This document shows positions 25,519 through 37,230 of a stretch of DNA of 60,946 nt, one piece after another. The notes beneath the pieces were generated by a model. It ran no database searches. It worked only from the letters and a program-made list of their open reading frames with translations, and was not told where the DNA came from. Origin of the DNA: Catajapyx aquilonaris (Eukaryota); NCBI GenBank assembly GCA_000934665.2, contig KZ538586.1:1-60946 (forward strand), read 5' to 3'. Each line of letters opens with the position of its first letter. The stretch's first letter is position 1. The translations under genes and the position numbers were made by a program.

Positions 25519-25701
25519 CTGGCCGAGCCCTTCTCGCTTGCCTTCTCGAGTTGAACTCGAGGATGCGAGGCTGCGTGACGTCACAATGACGTATGCTGGG
25601 TGTTGCTTGGCCTTGCCTGCTTGCCCAAATGCCCAGCATACGTCATTTTGACGTCACGCTGCCTCGCATCCTCGAGTTCAACTCGCGAAGGGCTCGGCCA
25701 G
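25519..25701. mobile_element. Palindromic element flanked by TATA (superfamily uncertain)
   Basis: TATA|CTGGCCGAGCCCTT ... AAGGGCTCGGCCAG|TATA; arms pair almost to the centre. Confidence 0.85.
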
Positions 25702-26138
25702 TATACTTCTCCGATCTCGTATCGCATGTATTAAAAGCTCCTCCAGCTAAAATGTAGGTTCAATTATTAATTCTCCTCAAACATTCATTATCAGAGACCT
25801 GACTATTGTTCTGTGAAGTTGTCATCCTCTACATCAAAAAACTATTCCCCTACGTGTCTCGCTTACAGATGGAAGGAAAGGAAGTGATAATAATTCTAAC
25901 GAGAATTGGCACAGTACCTCTACTTGAATTCACTTCCATAAAACACACTTTTCACACTTTTAAACGGTAAATTGTCACTTTGACCGCACGATCATGCTGT
26001 TGATCACAGTGTCATTGAAAAAATAATAATCTCCATAGTGTATGCTAATAGGATTTCCCTATTATTTTAAGACTGGTGCCATTTTGTAGTTGTAGTGTAA
26101 ATGTATTTAAATCTGTAAATCGACCAATTGGACTAAAG

Positions 26139-26530
26139 CAGTGGTTCCCAACCTGGGGGGCGTGAGAGGATTTCAGGGGGGGCGTGAGGCCATGAGAAAT
26201 ACGTAAAATAATGTAACATGTTTCCGCTTGCACTGCTGGAAATATGAAGGGACCGACTTTTCTCCTTGCTAGTATCCGATGTGCCTGCAGTGTAGGAAGA
26301 TTCCACTGTACTTTGTCAGCTACATTCATCTAAACTTTGTGACCTTGAACCCAAAAAATTTCCGCCTGAGGCGGGCTTCTTGGCCCTTCTGTTGTTGCCC
26401 CTATTCCTCGGTTATAAAATTTTCTTTCAAGAAACTCTTGCTGAAATTTATTGGGGGGGAGGGGCGTGAGGGTTTTGTGAAAACGAAAAGGGGGGCGTCA
26501 TCGTCATGACGAAAAGGTTGGGAACCACTG
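26139..26530. mobile_element. hAT (Buster/Charlie-like) MITE
   Basis: TIR CAGTGGTTCCCAACCT / AGGTTGGGAACCACTG; perfect 8-bp TSD GACTAAAG with central TA. Confidence 0.95.
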
Positions 26531-28109
26531 GACTAAAGTGTGACTAAAGGGATCCATAATGGTTTTTCTTGCCTCACTGTTGTTATAACTTGGCGAGAGA
26601 ACTCCTCAGCAAAATACAATAAAACTTAATTATACCGTCCCCATTTCGGGGAGACAACACATGATCCTATTGTACACCACACTTTACACCATCACGAGGA
26701 AAAAGATGAAGACCACTGATCACGGAACCTCACACTACATCGATGGACGAACTATCTGAATTTGTATCATACGGATTTGTAATTATCGTCCCTACGCTTG
26801 TATACTTAAACCTATACGTACCACATGTACCGTAGATGGTTATAGATGATGGAACTTAACCAATTATCCAAACCAATTAATCTTAAAATTGGATAATTGG
26901 TAGGTTATAGGTGGTTATATTTAAAGCGCCATAAGTTCTCTCTACAGGGTACAGGGATGAGAAAGCGAGCTACCCCAGGCAATGATATTAACGCATAGCC
27001 TATCTGTCAAAAGCATTTTCCCTGCTATTGACTAATGGCATTGCAATAATAATCTGCATGCAGCGTGCTGTTGTATGCATTTTCGAAATATCGTTTATCA
27101 AAAGTGATCAACAAATGTCACAACTAGATTTACACAGTGCATTAAACACTCGTCAAATCTATAATATCGTCAATGTCCAGGATATTGCCCTTGTGTCCGT
27201 TCAATATACATACAACCTCTATACGTATGGCAATTGACATCCAACTTTAAAAAATGTCTATCATATTATTTTGTTGCAGTAACATTGATTTAATTAATAT
27301 TTTGTTCTAACCAACAATAATACTGTAGGATCTTATAATAACAAAGATATGCTGAAGTAACTGCCAGGGTGTTTTATAATATTAGATCCGGAAAAAACCT
27401 ACTAGGGTGACCTTCTGGGATCACTATGTCGAGGTGCAGTTTGGTCTCTTCAGCCTACCCTCTCAACCATGTTACGTACGTACTTCTACGAGAATGAACA
27501 TTTTTCCAATTATTTTCCTTCTATCAATTTTGTGACCACATTGACTACGACCAAATGGGTTTTGGGAAAGGTGTGAACGCTTGTTTTAGCTGCTCCAAAA
27601 TGTTGGGGCAATTCTGCATTACTGCCTATTTCACGGCTACTAGATTCCCTTCTTCCATGGCGTCAATGCTCATGTAAGCTCACTCAAGGAATATGATCTT
27701 TTACATAACTCTGAAATAGTCACTGAGATATCAAATGCGAAAGTAATACAACTCTTAATTATTACATTATTTGTAAGAGCTATATCTCAATGACTTTTTC
27801 ATACAAGGAAATTCCTCATCATATACCAAGAGCAAATTGCGCTTGCAAGTTAGCCTAGATTATTTGACTGGAAGGAGTTGTTATACTTACAGGGTGAGCA
27901 TGCGGCGACAATTAAAGGCTAGGCATTTCCCATGTAAATAACAGGGATTACACTGCTGGTTAGATGACCCTGATCCCACGGTAGTAGCCGGGGCCAGCAC
28001 GATATTTCTTATCATTCATGCGGTGGGGTCATCAAAAATTTGGCGATGTCGCACGTCGTACCACGACTCCTTCCATCCAAAAATGAAGCGGGTCAATATA
28101 CACAAGGTG

Positions 28110-28233
28110 CAAAGGGGTAAATCACTCGTCAAGTCCGTTTACGGTATAAGGCGCCAAGTCCGACAAGTCAGGGCCCAAGTCCGGTTGTTTACATGTCCGT
28201 TGTACGGTCAACTGCTGAGTGATTTACCCATCG
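28110..28233. mobile_element. 124-bp MITE with 8-bp TSD (P- or hAT-like)
   Basis: TSD ACAAGGTG (28102-28109, 28234-28241); inverted repeat GGGTAAATCACTC / GAGTGATTTACCC; internal CAAGTCCG repeats. Confidence 0.65.
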
Positions 28234-28303
28234 ACAAGGTGCATCTTACAATTGGAGTATTTCGCCTCCGGCATACTTGCCTGCCCAAAAGAAATCGAAA
28301 ATG

Positions 28304-28714
28304 TAGGAATGATAAATGCCGAGGGACCAATCGTTGACGAGGTAGACGACCAGGCACATTGGCCTACCTTATATAGACACAGGCGGCAACCGGAAACACA
28401 CACGACGGACGCCTCTTTGTAGGGAGATTGACTCTGACATATGCAGTAGTTGCCTAGACAGGAAACAGAATATGAACTTGATTAATGGTTACTGCGAACA
28501 AGGTGGCCTAACAAATTTCCATCAGTAGCCTATTAATCAGCTCCTATCCTGATCCTCAGGCAACCACTGCAAGTACTGTACACGTATCCATTTGACCGTC
28601 GATTTTCATACAAAAAGCTGCCGTGTATGTTGCCGCACGTGTCTAGGGGCAAGCCATTATGTGTCTGGTCGTCTACGTCGTCAACGGTTGCTCCCTCCCC
28701 ATTTCTCACCCCTA
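28304..28714. mobile_element. Degenerate MITE with TAGG...CCTA ends (hAT-like)
   Basis: CGTTGACGAGGTAGACGACCAGGCAC mirrored by GTGTCTGGTCGTCTACGTCGTCAACG; TSD lost. Confidence 0.6.
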
Positions 28715-29434
28715 CATACGTATTTGACTTGTTTTCGGCCAACGAGTATACCCTGCCAGCCAGGCGACCTACCACTGTACAGTAGTAGAAACATCCTGCT
28801 GTGTGTTCTCTTGGAATAGGTTGAGTGATCATACCTTTCTCTCCATTGAGTAGAAGTTACTCACTACCTATTATGTATACGGTACATAATCGGTACCGTC
28901 ATAAATAAATGAAAGAGGGCACAAACAAGTGTGTTTTCTACGCAAAATCATGTAACTTAAGGTAGTTCTTGCGCTTGGAAACGGGGGGAAGGGGGAGGGG
29001 TGTTGAGCCTATGTTTATACATGGGGCGAGCTGGCCAATACCAACTTCTGCGATTGTAAGACATTTCTGCTAGTATTTCTCTGAAACAGAGTTTTGAGTA
29101 CGTGTTTCGCGTCGGATACGTTACATGAACATATATTTGGAGGATAATAATTCCCTCGTGCACTTTTGTCCCGGAGAAGAGCAGAAATATGGCTGTTCCA
29201 AATACCGGAAAAAGTGCGGGAAATCCGGCAACGTTGCACACGTTGGCAGCACTTATCAACAAAGTATCGATGTATCGATATTTCCCCCCAGCGATATATC
29301 GAGTACTAGATAGTTAGCCCAACTATCGATATTATATCTATATATTATATCGATATTATAATTATTAACTTGAGACCAATCTCCCATACACAATCATAAT
29401 ATTTATTGCCCCTTTTAACTCTGGCACATCTCTA

Positions 29435-29996
29435 CAGGGTGTAAATGAATTCAATCGACAAACTTCTAGGGGTGATAGAGGGGACCAAGACAAACATTTT
29501 TGACATAGGAAACCGTGTCCGGAAACGCCATCTAGAGGGAGTTCATAGACGAGGAACGGGTGCGCTCAGACGCGTCACGCGAGAGGCGCAAGTCAAGCAG
29601 ACTGTTTTGTTGATAGATGGCGCGCAGTTGTTGCCAGGTTATGGCGTATCGCGTCGCTGTAAGTAAACAACAACACGATACGCCATAACCTGACAACAAC
29701 AGAACCGCTGTTGACTATCCGTGCGTCTCCTAGGAGGCGGACTTTAGTTGCTAGATGGCTCTGCTGTTGCCAGGTTATGGCACATCGCATCGTTCGTAAC
29801 TATCCGAGCGCCATCTATCAACAAAACAATCCGCTCGCCTAGCACCTCTCGCGTGACGCGTCTGAGAGCACCCGTTCCTTGTCTATGAACCCCCTCTAGA
29901 TGGCGTTTCCGGACACGGTTTCCTATGTCAAAAATGTTTGTCTTGGTCCCCTCTATCACCCCTAGAAGTCTGTCGGTTGAATTCATTTACACCCTG
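29435..29996. mobile_element. 562-bp Tc1/mariner-type MITE with ~190-bp TIRs and an internal hairpin
   Basis: TA|CAGGGTGTAAATGAATTCAA ... TTGAATTCATTTACACCCTG|TA; extra inverted pair at ~29627-29700. Confidence 0.93.
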
Positions 29997-30987
29997 TATA
30001 TCGTAAAACGAGCCCTATATATTAATTTTATACTCTTAAAACGAGCTCAGCGCGATGCCTGGGACATTCAAAACTCGCTCCCCCTACTATATTGTTGTAG
30101 CTGCGTTGCCAAGTCATCGCTGGGCGCCGTGACTACCCCGCAGTTTTGAAGGGATTGTGGAAGAACGGGCCTGGTGACGTATTGGTTTCTTGTGACAAAA
30201 TAATTTGGTACGAATGTGGCTACACAGTGATTAGTTTTTTGTGATCGTGGCACCATTTTCACGGGATCTACGGGGGGAAATATCGGTTCCTGGATGCCGC
30301 TCTCCATAAGCCGCCATGTATAAGACCTCAAGTTCAGAGATGAATATCTCCGAACGTATTTAGTGGAAGTCCTTTATATTTTACAAGCTCATTAGTCACA
30401 TAACAGGGAACAACTGGTGTAATTATAAATTCTCTGCCACCATTTCGTCTTATGTTAGCTCAAGAACTACTTTAATATACCGAAAAAAATCAGCCATGCG
30501 TGACTACTAATACTGCAGTTATGACCTGAGCTGAATAATTCTTCGATCAATTTTTCAACAATAAGTGGTGTCAAAATATTTTGTGTGTGTTCTGAACAGT
30601 GTGAAAATGCCCTTAATGACCAGATTACAACCGGTGTGCAACGCAATTAGTTTGAGGCGTGGAGCAGAGGAGACCAGGAGCAATCAGGAACGGTCTCCCG
30701 ATTCTCCACATTCATCAAGGTAAACAAAAAATAAAGCGATTTTATGAGTGGCAGTAAACATCTGGCTAAATACACCAAGCGCACTTTAATCTGCATACAT
30801 TAAGTAGGACTTGGGAGTCTCTCGGCCTTCAGATGGGGCCGAATGATTTGGAGCTCTCTAAAACCGAGCCTTAATCCGCAGAACCCATGTTAGTGAATGC
30901 ATGAAATAAGCAATCGACGCCTCCCTATCCATCCAGCCAAACACCCCAGTAGCCCACTTCTGGAATCTTTGCTCATTTTGATGCTCA

Positions 30988-31176
30988 GGCGGATTCACAT
31001 ATCTACGAATTTGGAACTCGCGGAGAGAATATCGCACCTGAACAGTTCAAAGGCGTTCGGGTGGGTGCGATCTCCGTTTGTTTCGTTTATAAGAAGCAGC
31101 CACTAAAACAATTTCAAACTGTTCGGGTGCGATATTCACTCCGCGCGTCCCAAATTCGTCGATATGTGAATGCGCC
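30988..31176. mobile_element. PIF/Harbinger-like MITE
   Basis: GGCGGATTCACATATC ... GATATGTGAATGCGCC; flanks TCA/TTA; ~60-bp arms. Confidence 0.8.
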
Positions 31177-31782
31177 TTAAAGTTACTGCTAGTGGTCGAT
31201 AACTGTGGCCCCCCTCTTCCTTACCCCATCTCTCCCCGTTCCCATTCCGCTGGCAGCCCTAACCAGGATTTCAAAGCCTCGCCTACCTCTCACCATCTTC
31301 TAGTCTCCATCTCTGTATCTAACTATGCTGTGGTAGGCTACAGTACAGTATACACTTGTAGCTCGACTACATAGAAGATGTCTTATAATAATGCAGGTAA
31401 AGTTTTAGGGTCAACTCCTGTGAACGAGAGGATCCCTTTATGCAGAGATGCCATTTGGTCTCAGCGTCGTTCAGATTATAGCCTTCAACAAAAGGTACCA
31501 AAATATTCTGGCAGGATATGCGTCATTCCAAGAGACTTCGCCTCTTTAAATTTAAAATATAGGTGCTACTAAATTTAATGGTAATGAGATTTCACTAGGT
31601 GCATTAGGAAATCGACGAGGCAGGAAAAGTGCAGCAAAAGGATGGTTTACCGTACGTTTTATTTTATGCTAATCATAATAGCATAGAGACTGCCCGAATG
31701 GAACGGCCACATTAATAATTGATCCTCTGGTTCCCAGAAACCCACCCTACATTTGTCTGAATCATTGTGTATATATATCGTA

Positions 31783-31932
31783 CTATCGGGTTCAAATACT
31801 TTTGGCCACTTTATCCTGGTCTTGAAGCAACCCTTCACGCACGCACACACACATCAATCCTTAACGTGGGGTCTGTGCAAAGGGTTGCTTCAAGACCAGG
31901 ATAGAGTGGCCAAAAGTATTTGAACCCGATAG
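31783..31932. mobile_element. 150-bp TA-flanked MITE (family M2, copy 1)
   Basis: TA|CTATCGGGTTCAAATACTTTTGGCCAC ... GTGGCCAAAAGTATTTGAACCCGATAG|TA. Confidence 0.92.
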
Positions 31933-32805
31933 TACATAATTATTATGATACTTTAACCTTTGCTATTCTGTGCAGCCATTTCCCAGAGTAGTAGGTTTGC
32001 GATGTACGTATTTTCATGACCTTTTGAAGATTTTGGCAATTTATTATGACTGACCCTTTAGGTTTAGGAGGTTTTTATTTGCTATACAGTATTGCAATAT
32101 TTTCAAAACCCTATTCTGGGCACCGGAGCTCCGGAGCTACTTCAGCGACGGATATGCCCTTTCGAACAAGCAATTGACGTAAATGTTCACTGGGCGAGTC
32201 AACTTCCTAAAGTAAGGGGAGTAGGGGAAAAATTGATAACCCTCACTTCGCTTATATTAAAATATGCAATTAAGTATCGGAGTAGGAAAGAAACACTTTT
32301 CAAAACTACACCGTACATTCAGAGTCGATGAATCATGAAACCAGAGGGCAGCACTGCCCGGATGACAGCACACAGAACAGACGTAGCAGTGTATACGGCA
32401 TGGTACGGTTTCTCGTACTTTTGTCGTCAGAGTGGACTTCGAGCATGTGATTCCAATGAGTGTACAGTGTGATAAAAAGGCTTATCTCTCGGATTTACAC
32501 TCAACCATGTCATGCAGTAGGTCTATTAATCCTGAGAGAAAAAAGGAGCGGAATCAGAAATAATCTGGAAATATAGTACCTGTACCAATATTGAAAACAA
32601 AAGGTTTTTCAGTATTTCATACATACGAAAATATGGTCATTTTATATTAAGCCTAGTGGAGGTTGCTTATAATAACGTCAGTTGTTGAAAATATTGCAAC
32701 GTTCATCATACTTTATGTGATTGTGCTCTTTACTTGTAATACTCCGGATGTGAATAATGCACTTTTTAGCTGAAAAGGTTTGTGAATAGGTTAACTTTTT
32801 ATGTA

Positions 32806-32949
32806 CTATCGGTCTCAATTAGTTTCGGTCACTTTATCCTGGTCTTGAAGCAACCCTTCGCACAGGCCCCACTGTGTGAGGAGGTATGTGTGTGTGAAGG
32901 GTTGCTTCAAGACCAGCATAAAGTGGCCGAAACTAATTGAGTCCGATAA
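32806..32949. mobile_element. Family M2, copy 2 (spacer in opposite orientation)
   Basis: Shared core CACTTTATCCTGGTCTTGAAGCAACCCTTC and its inverted copy; TA flanks. Confidence 0.9.
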
Positions 32950-33651
32950 TACTTCTATATAGGACACCTCCCGTTATCTAAATGTACCTAATTATACCTA
33001 ATTATTATAGTGTTGATGGAGTAAATTAAGGACAAAATCCCAGTTATTATCTATAATATTGACAAAAAATACAAGCTTTTCTACTAAAATTTTTACTAGT
33101 CACAATTCGAGTAATTAAATATCAAAGATGCAAACGAAAATGAAATGCTAATTTGCTTAGAGATCTTTAAGTAAGTACTGTACATACTGTATTTAAAAAT
33201 TCTCCCCTGTAAGATATTCGGTAAGTTCATAATAATCACGCATGAGACATTTCTCATTTTCTTTACTTGATAAGTACTATGAACAACTGTTATGAAATAT
33301 TATTGCGCAGCCTTTGAGAAAGCCGTCTTGAGATATCTCCTTTCACATGGTCTCGTTTTCGCGTCGGCTGCATCTGACAGACAGGTCACAACGTTAGGCT
33401 CCATCGACTTTTTTGTAAAATGATTGCATCTTCAGCCTATATTTCCCTTTTTTCCACCAGATGAAGTACGCCATCATCTAAATCCCTCTCAGTTTTTTTC
33501 TTGCGCCAAATAAAATCTAAGTAGCCTACAGTAGGCACAAGCTAACCTCAGGAAAAAGAAGTCTTGTTGAGCAACGTCTTCCCACCTCTCTGCCGAGTTT
33601 TTTTTTGGTAATGATATTTAGAACATTTGGTGAAGAAATATCCCCCCCATA

Positions 33652-33817
33652 GCTGCGTTTACATGTGAGCGATTTGACAAGCGAAGTAACCAATATCGTT
33701 TGAGGTGAAAGTAACAATCGATTTTCGCCTCAAACAATACTGGTTACTTGGGTTACTCGGCGATGTTACCGCTCGGCGAAGACTTCGCTCGTCAAATCGC
33801 TCACATGTAAACGCGAC
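33652..33817. mobile_element. PIF/Harbinger-like MITE
   Basis: GCGTTTACATGTGAGCGATTTGAC / GTCAAATCGCTCACATGTAAACGC inverted ends; TSD unclear. Confidence 0.75.
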
Positions 33818-33966
33818 TTCAGCTTGGTCTTGGCCGTCGAGGTGTTCACCTCGAGGCTCTGAGCTCCTGCCTGCCCCACTCACTGAGGTCAGTGACCCAA
33901 CTGTTCCATTACTCCCGCCATCTTGTTTCGAATTTTAGCGTTCTTTTTCAGAACCATGGACATAAT

Positions 33967-34306
33967 AATAATTAATAATAATAATAATTGTTTGGGTAAT
34001 GCTTTCACCCTATCAGGGTTTATCACATGGACCTTTATTTGTTGTATACATTGGAGCCTTTATACGTATCGCCCGGGCCCACGGGCAGGATGACAGGAGG
34101 GGATGTGCAAGTGCAGTGCATCTGACGTGTGGCCATTTTTAGTGAGCTCCCCCGGGTGGTTTAGTCTGTAGGAAATACCACCCGAGACGAAGCCAGAGGT
34201 GACCGACCTCTGCACGAGATGAAGGGGGTGTCCCCGGGCTGGGATCGAACCCGGGACCTTAACATCCGTGGGCGCGCGCGTTACCGCGGCGCCACTCCGT
34301 CTCCCC
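33967..34306 (-). mobile_element. Full-length tRNA-Arg(ACG)-like SINE (family S1) with (ATT)n tail
   Basis: 19-bp TSD TCAGAACCATGGACATAAT (33948-33966, 34307-34325); A box TGGCGCCGCGG and B box GGTTCGATCCC on minus strand. Confidence 0.93.
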
Positions 34307-34659
34307 TCAGAACCATGGACATAATTATGCACATATCCCTACTCAGGTAGTTGCCATGGTGTTTATCCTTGGCTATTCGTCGGCCTCCCTGCCGCCCCCA
34401 CTCGCCCCTGAGCCCCAGCTATCAAGCAAAGCAATTTGAAATGTCCGCCAGATTTCCGAAGAGTTCTTATTTACAAGACTTGTAAACAAATGTTGTAAAT
34501 AAACCTTGTGCATTCTTAATTCCAACCCTATCGAACCTTAATTGGTGGCTAATTATGATTGACAGGACACAAGCCTACTCCCAAAACCCTGAAGTTAGCT
34601 TGCCCCTACTGTAAATACAGTGCTGGTATTACTCAGCCCCCCGCAACTAGCTCTTTTCT

Positions 34660-35138
34660 CGCTTAGCTGGTATATCAGTCCAACAAGAATTGTCGCAGCG
34701 GCAGCGCACGAACTACATTCTACGAGCACAGGTATACGAGAGAGTGTAGTTCGTGCGCTGCCGCTGGCGACAATTCTTGTTGGACACCAGGTACGCTAAC
34801 CCCGGATGTAGAGTCTGAAAACCCGAATGCAGAGCCCTGTATCAAGTCGCATTCTGGCGGACGACTCTGAACCGTTCAGAACCTACCTACATTGTCAACT
34901 TCCAATCAGCTCCCGTTTGCAGATGCAACCATCAGCCACCAATTGGAACGGTCTAAAAGGCATTCGCGTGGCTGATGTTTGGATCTGCGAACGGGAGCTG
35001 ATTGGAAATTGACAATGTAGGTAGGTTCTGAACGGTTCAGAGACACCCCCCCCCCCCCCCCCCCCCNTGCGATTTGATACATGGCTCTACATCCAGGTAT
35101 TCGGACTCTACATCCGGGGTTAGCGGACCAGCTAAGCG
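34660..35138. mobile_element. Two fused palindromic elements (~34663-34790 and ~34790-35133) sharing TAGCTGGT-type ends
   Basis: Hairpin 1 GTCCAACAAGAATTGTCGC.../...GCGACAATTCTTGTTGGAC; hairpin 2 CGCTAACCCCGGATGTAGAGTC.../...GACTCTACATCCGGGGTTAGCG; outer inverted repeat CGCTTAGCTGGT/ACCAGCTAAGCG. Confidence 0.8.
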
Positions 35139-35249
35139 CACGGCCTACCCCGTATGGCCAGATAGGAAGTTGCGAGAGGCGTAAGACACACCACTATGAA
35201 TAATAGGCACCGGACAGCTCTCATAATGTAAATGTATATTCTCCAGATA

Positions 35250-37230
35250 GTCCAGGTGCTAAGGGACAAATTTGACCCAAACTTTGCATTTTGTGACAAA
35301 AGTATGAAACTCGGTACACTTGTCCTTTGGACACTTCTGATCATATCTGGACGTGGAGCCACGATGACCCACCCCGATGGTGGTCCATTTCGCAGGGTTT
35401 CCATAACTACCAGATGCAGCATCCTTTTAGGACCTTGTATTGGGTGACAAAAACATGAAACTCGCCACAATTGGTCTTTGGACACTTCTGAACATGTCTG
35501 GATGTGGGGCCATGATGACTGACCCCGCTGTGGGTCACTTTCAGGGTTGCCAGATCTAACGGACCAAACATACATCTCTGCAAGGATCATGTGAATTGGG
35601 AGCTTGCATTCGGTGATAAAAACGTGAAACGCGGTACGGTAGTTCTTCGAACACATCTCAACATTATTATGTGGACGTGGGGTCACGGTGGGTGACCCCT
35701 GGTGGCCTTGCCAGGGGTCACTATCGCGGAGTTGCCAAATCGAACATGTGTTGCACACCTTTACATGAATAAGGGCCTTGCATTCGGTGATAAAACACTG
35801 CTAAAACATGAAACTCGCCCCAATTGGTCTTCGGACACTACTGAACATGTCTGTAAGTGAGGTCACTATGGATGACCCCACTGGGGGTCACTCGCAGGGT
35901 TGCCAGATCTAATGGGCTCTCTAAGTAAACTATGTGAATAGGGAGCTTGCATTCGGTGACAAAGACGTGAAACTAGGTACAATATAGTTTTTTGCACACT
36001 TCCGAACATATCTGGACGTGGGGACACGATGACCCACCCCGAGGGAGGGCACTATCGCAGGGTTGCCATATCTAACAGAATGTGCAACATGTGTTTATTT
36101 TTGAATAATGAGCTTGCATTCGGTGACAAAGCCATAAAACTTGGTACGTTAGTTATTTGCACACTTCCGAACATATCTGGACGTGGAGCCACGATGACCC
36201 ACAGAATGCACGCTCATTATTTAAATATAAACGCATGTTGCACAGTCTGTCAGATATGGCAACGCCGCTATAGTGCCCTCCATCGGGGTGGGTCATCGTG
36301 GCTCCAAGTCCAGATATGTTCGGAAGTGTCCAAAGAACAATTCTACCACGTTTCACGTCTTTGTCACCAAATGCAAGCTCCCTATAAAAATATAAACGCA
36401 TGCTGCACAGTCTGTGAGATTTGGCAACACCATGATAGTGCCCTCCCCCGGGGTGGGTCATCTTGTCCCCACGTCCAGATATGTTCGGAAGTGGGCAAAG
36501 AACTATATTGTACCGAGTTTCACGTCTTTGTCACCGAATGCAATCTCCCTATTCACATAGTTTACTTAGAGAGCCCATTAGATCTGGCAACCCTGCGAGT
36601 GACCCCCAGTGGAGTCATCCATAGTGACCTCACTTACAGACATGTTCAGTAGTGTCCGAAGACCAATTGGGGCGAGTTTCATGTTTTAGCAGTGTTTTAT
36701 CACCGAATGCAAGGCCCTTATTCATGTAAAGGTGTGCAACACATGTTCGATTTGGCAACTCCGCGATAGTGACCCCTGGCAAGGCCACCAGGGGTCACCC
36801 ACCGTGACCCCACGTCCACATAATAATGTTGAGATGTGTTCGAAGAACTACCGTACCGCGTTTCACGTTTTTATCACCGAATGCAAGCTCCCAATTCACA
36901 TGATCCTTGCAGAGATGTATGTTTGGTCCGTTAGATCTGGCAACCCTGCAAGTGACCCACAGCGGGGTCAGTCATCATGGCCCCACATCCAGACATGTTC
37001 AGAAGTGTCCAAAGACCAATTGTGGCGAGTTTCATGTTTTTGTCACCCAATACAAGGTCCTAAAAGGATGCTGCATCTGGTAGTTATGGAAACCCTGCGA
37101 AATGGACCACCACCGGGGTGGGTCATCGTGGCTCCACGTCCAGATATGATCAGAAGTGTCCAAAGGACAAGTGTACCGAGTTTCATACTTTTGTCACAAA
37201 ATGCAGAGTTCAACCCCTTAGCACCCGGAC
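35250..37230. mobile_element. ~1.98-kb foldback element whose long TIRs are built of ~150-175-bp tandem subrepeats
   Basis: Ends TA|GTCCAGGTGCTAAGGG ... CCCTTAGCACCCGGAC|TA; subrepeat marker TGCATTCGGTGA(C/T)AAA recurs at ~35286, 35436, 35605, 35779, 35948, 36115 and is mirrored in the right arm; centre ~36205. Confidence 0.92.
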
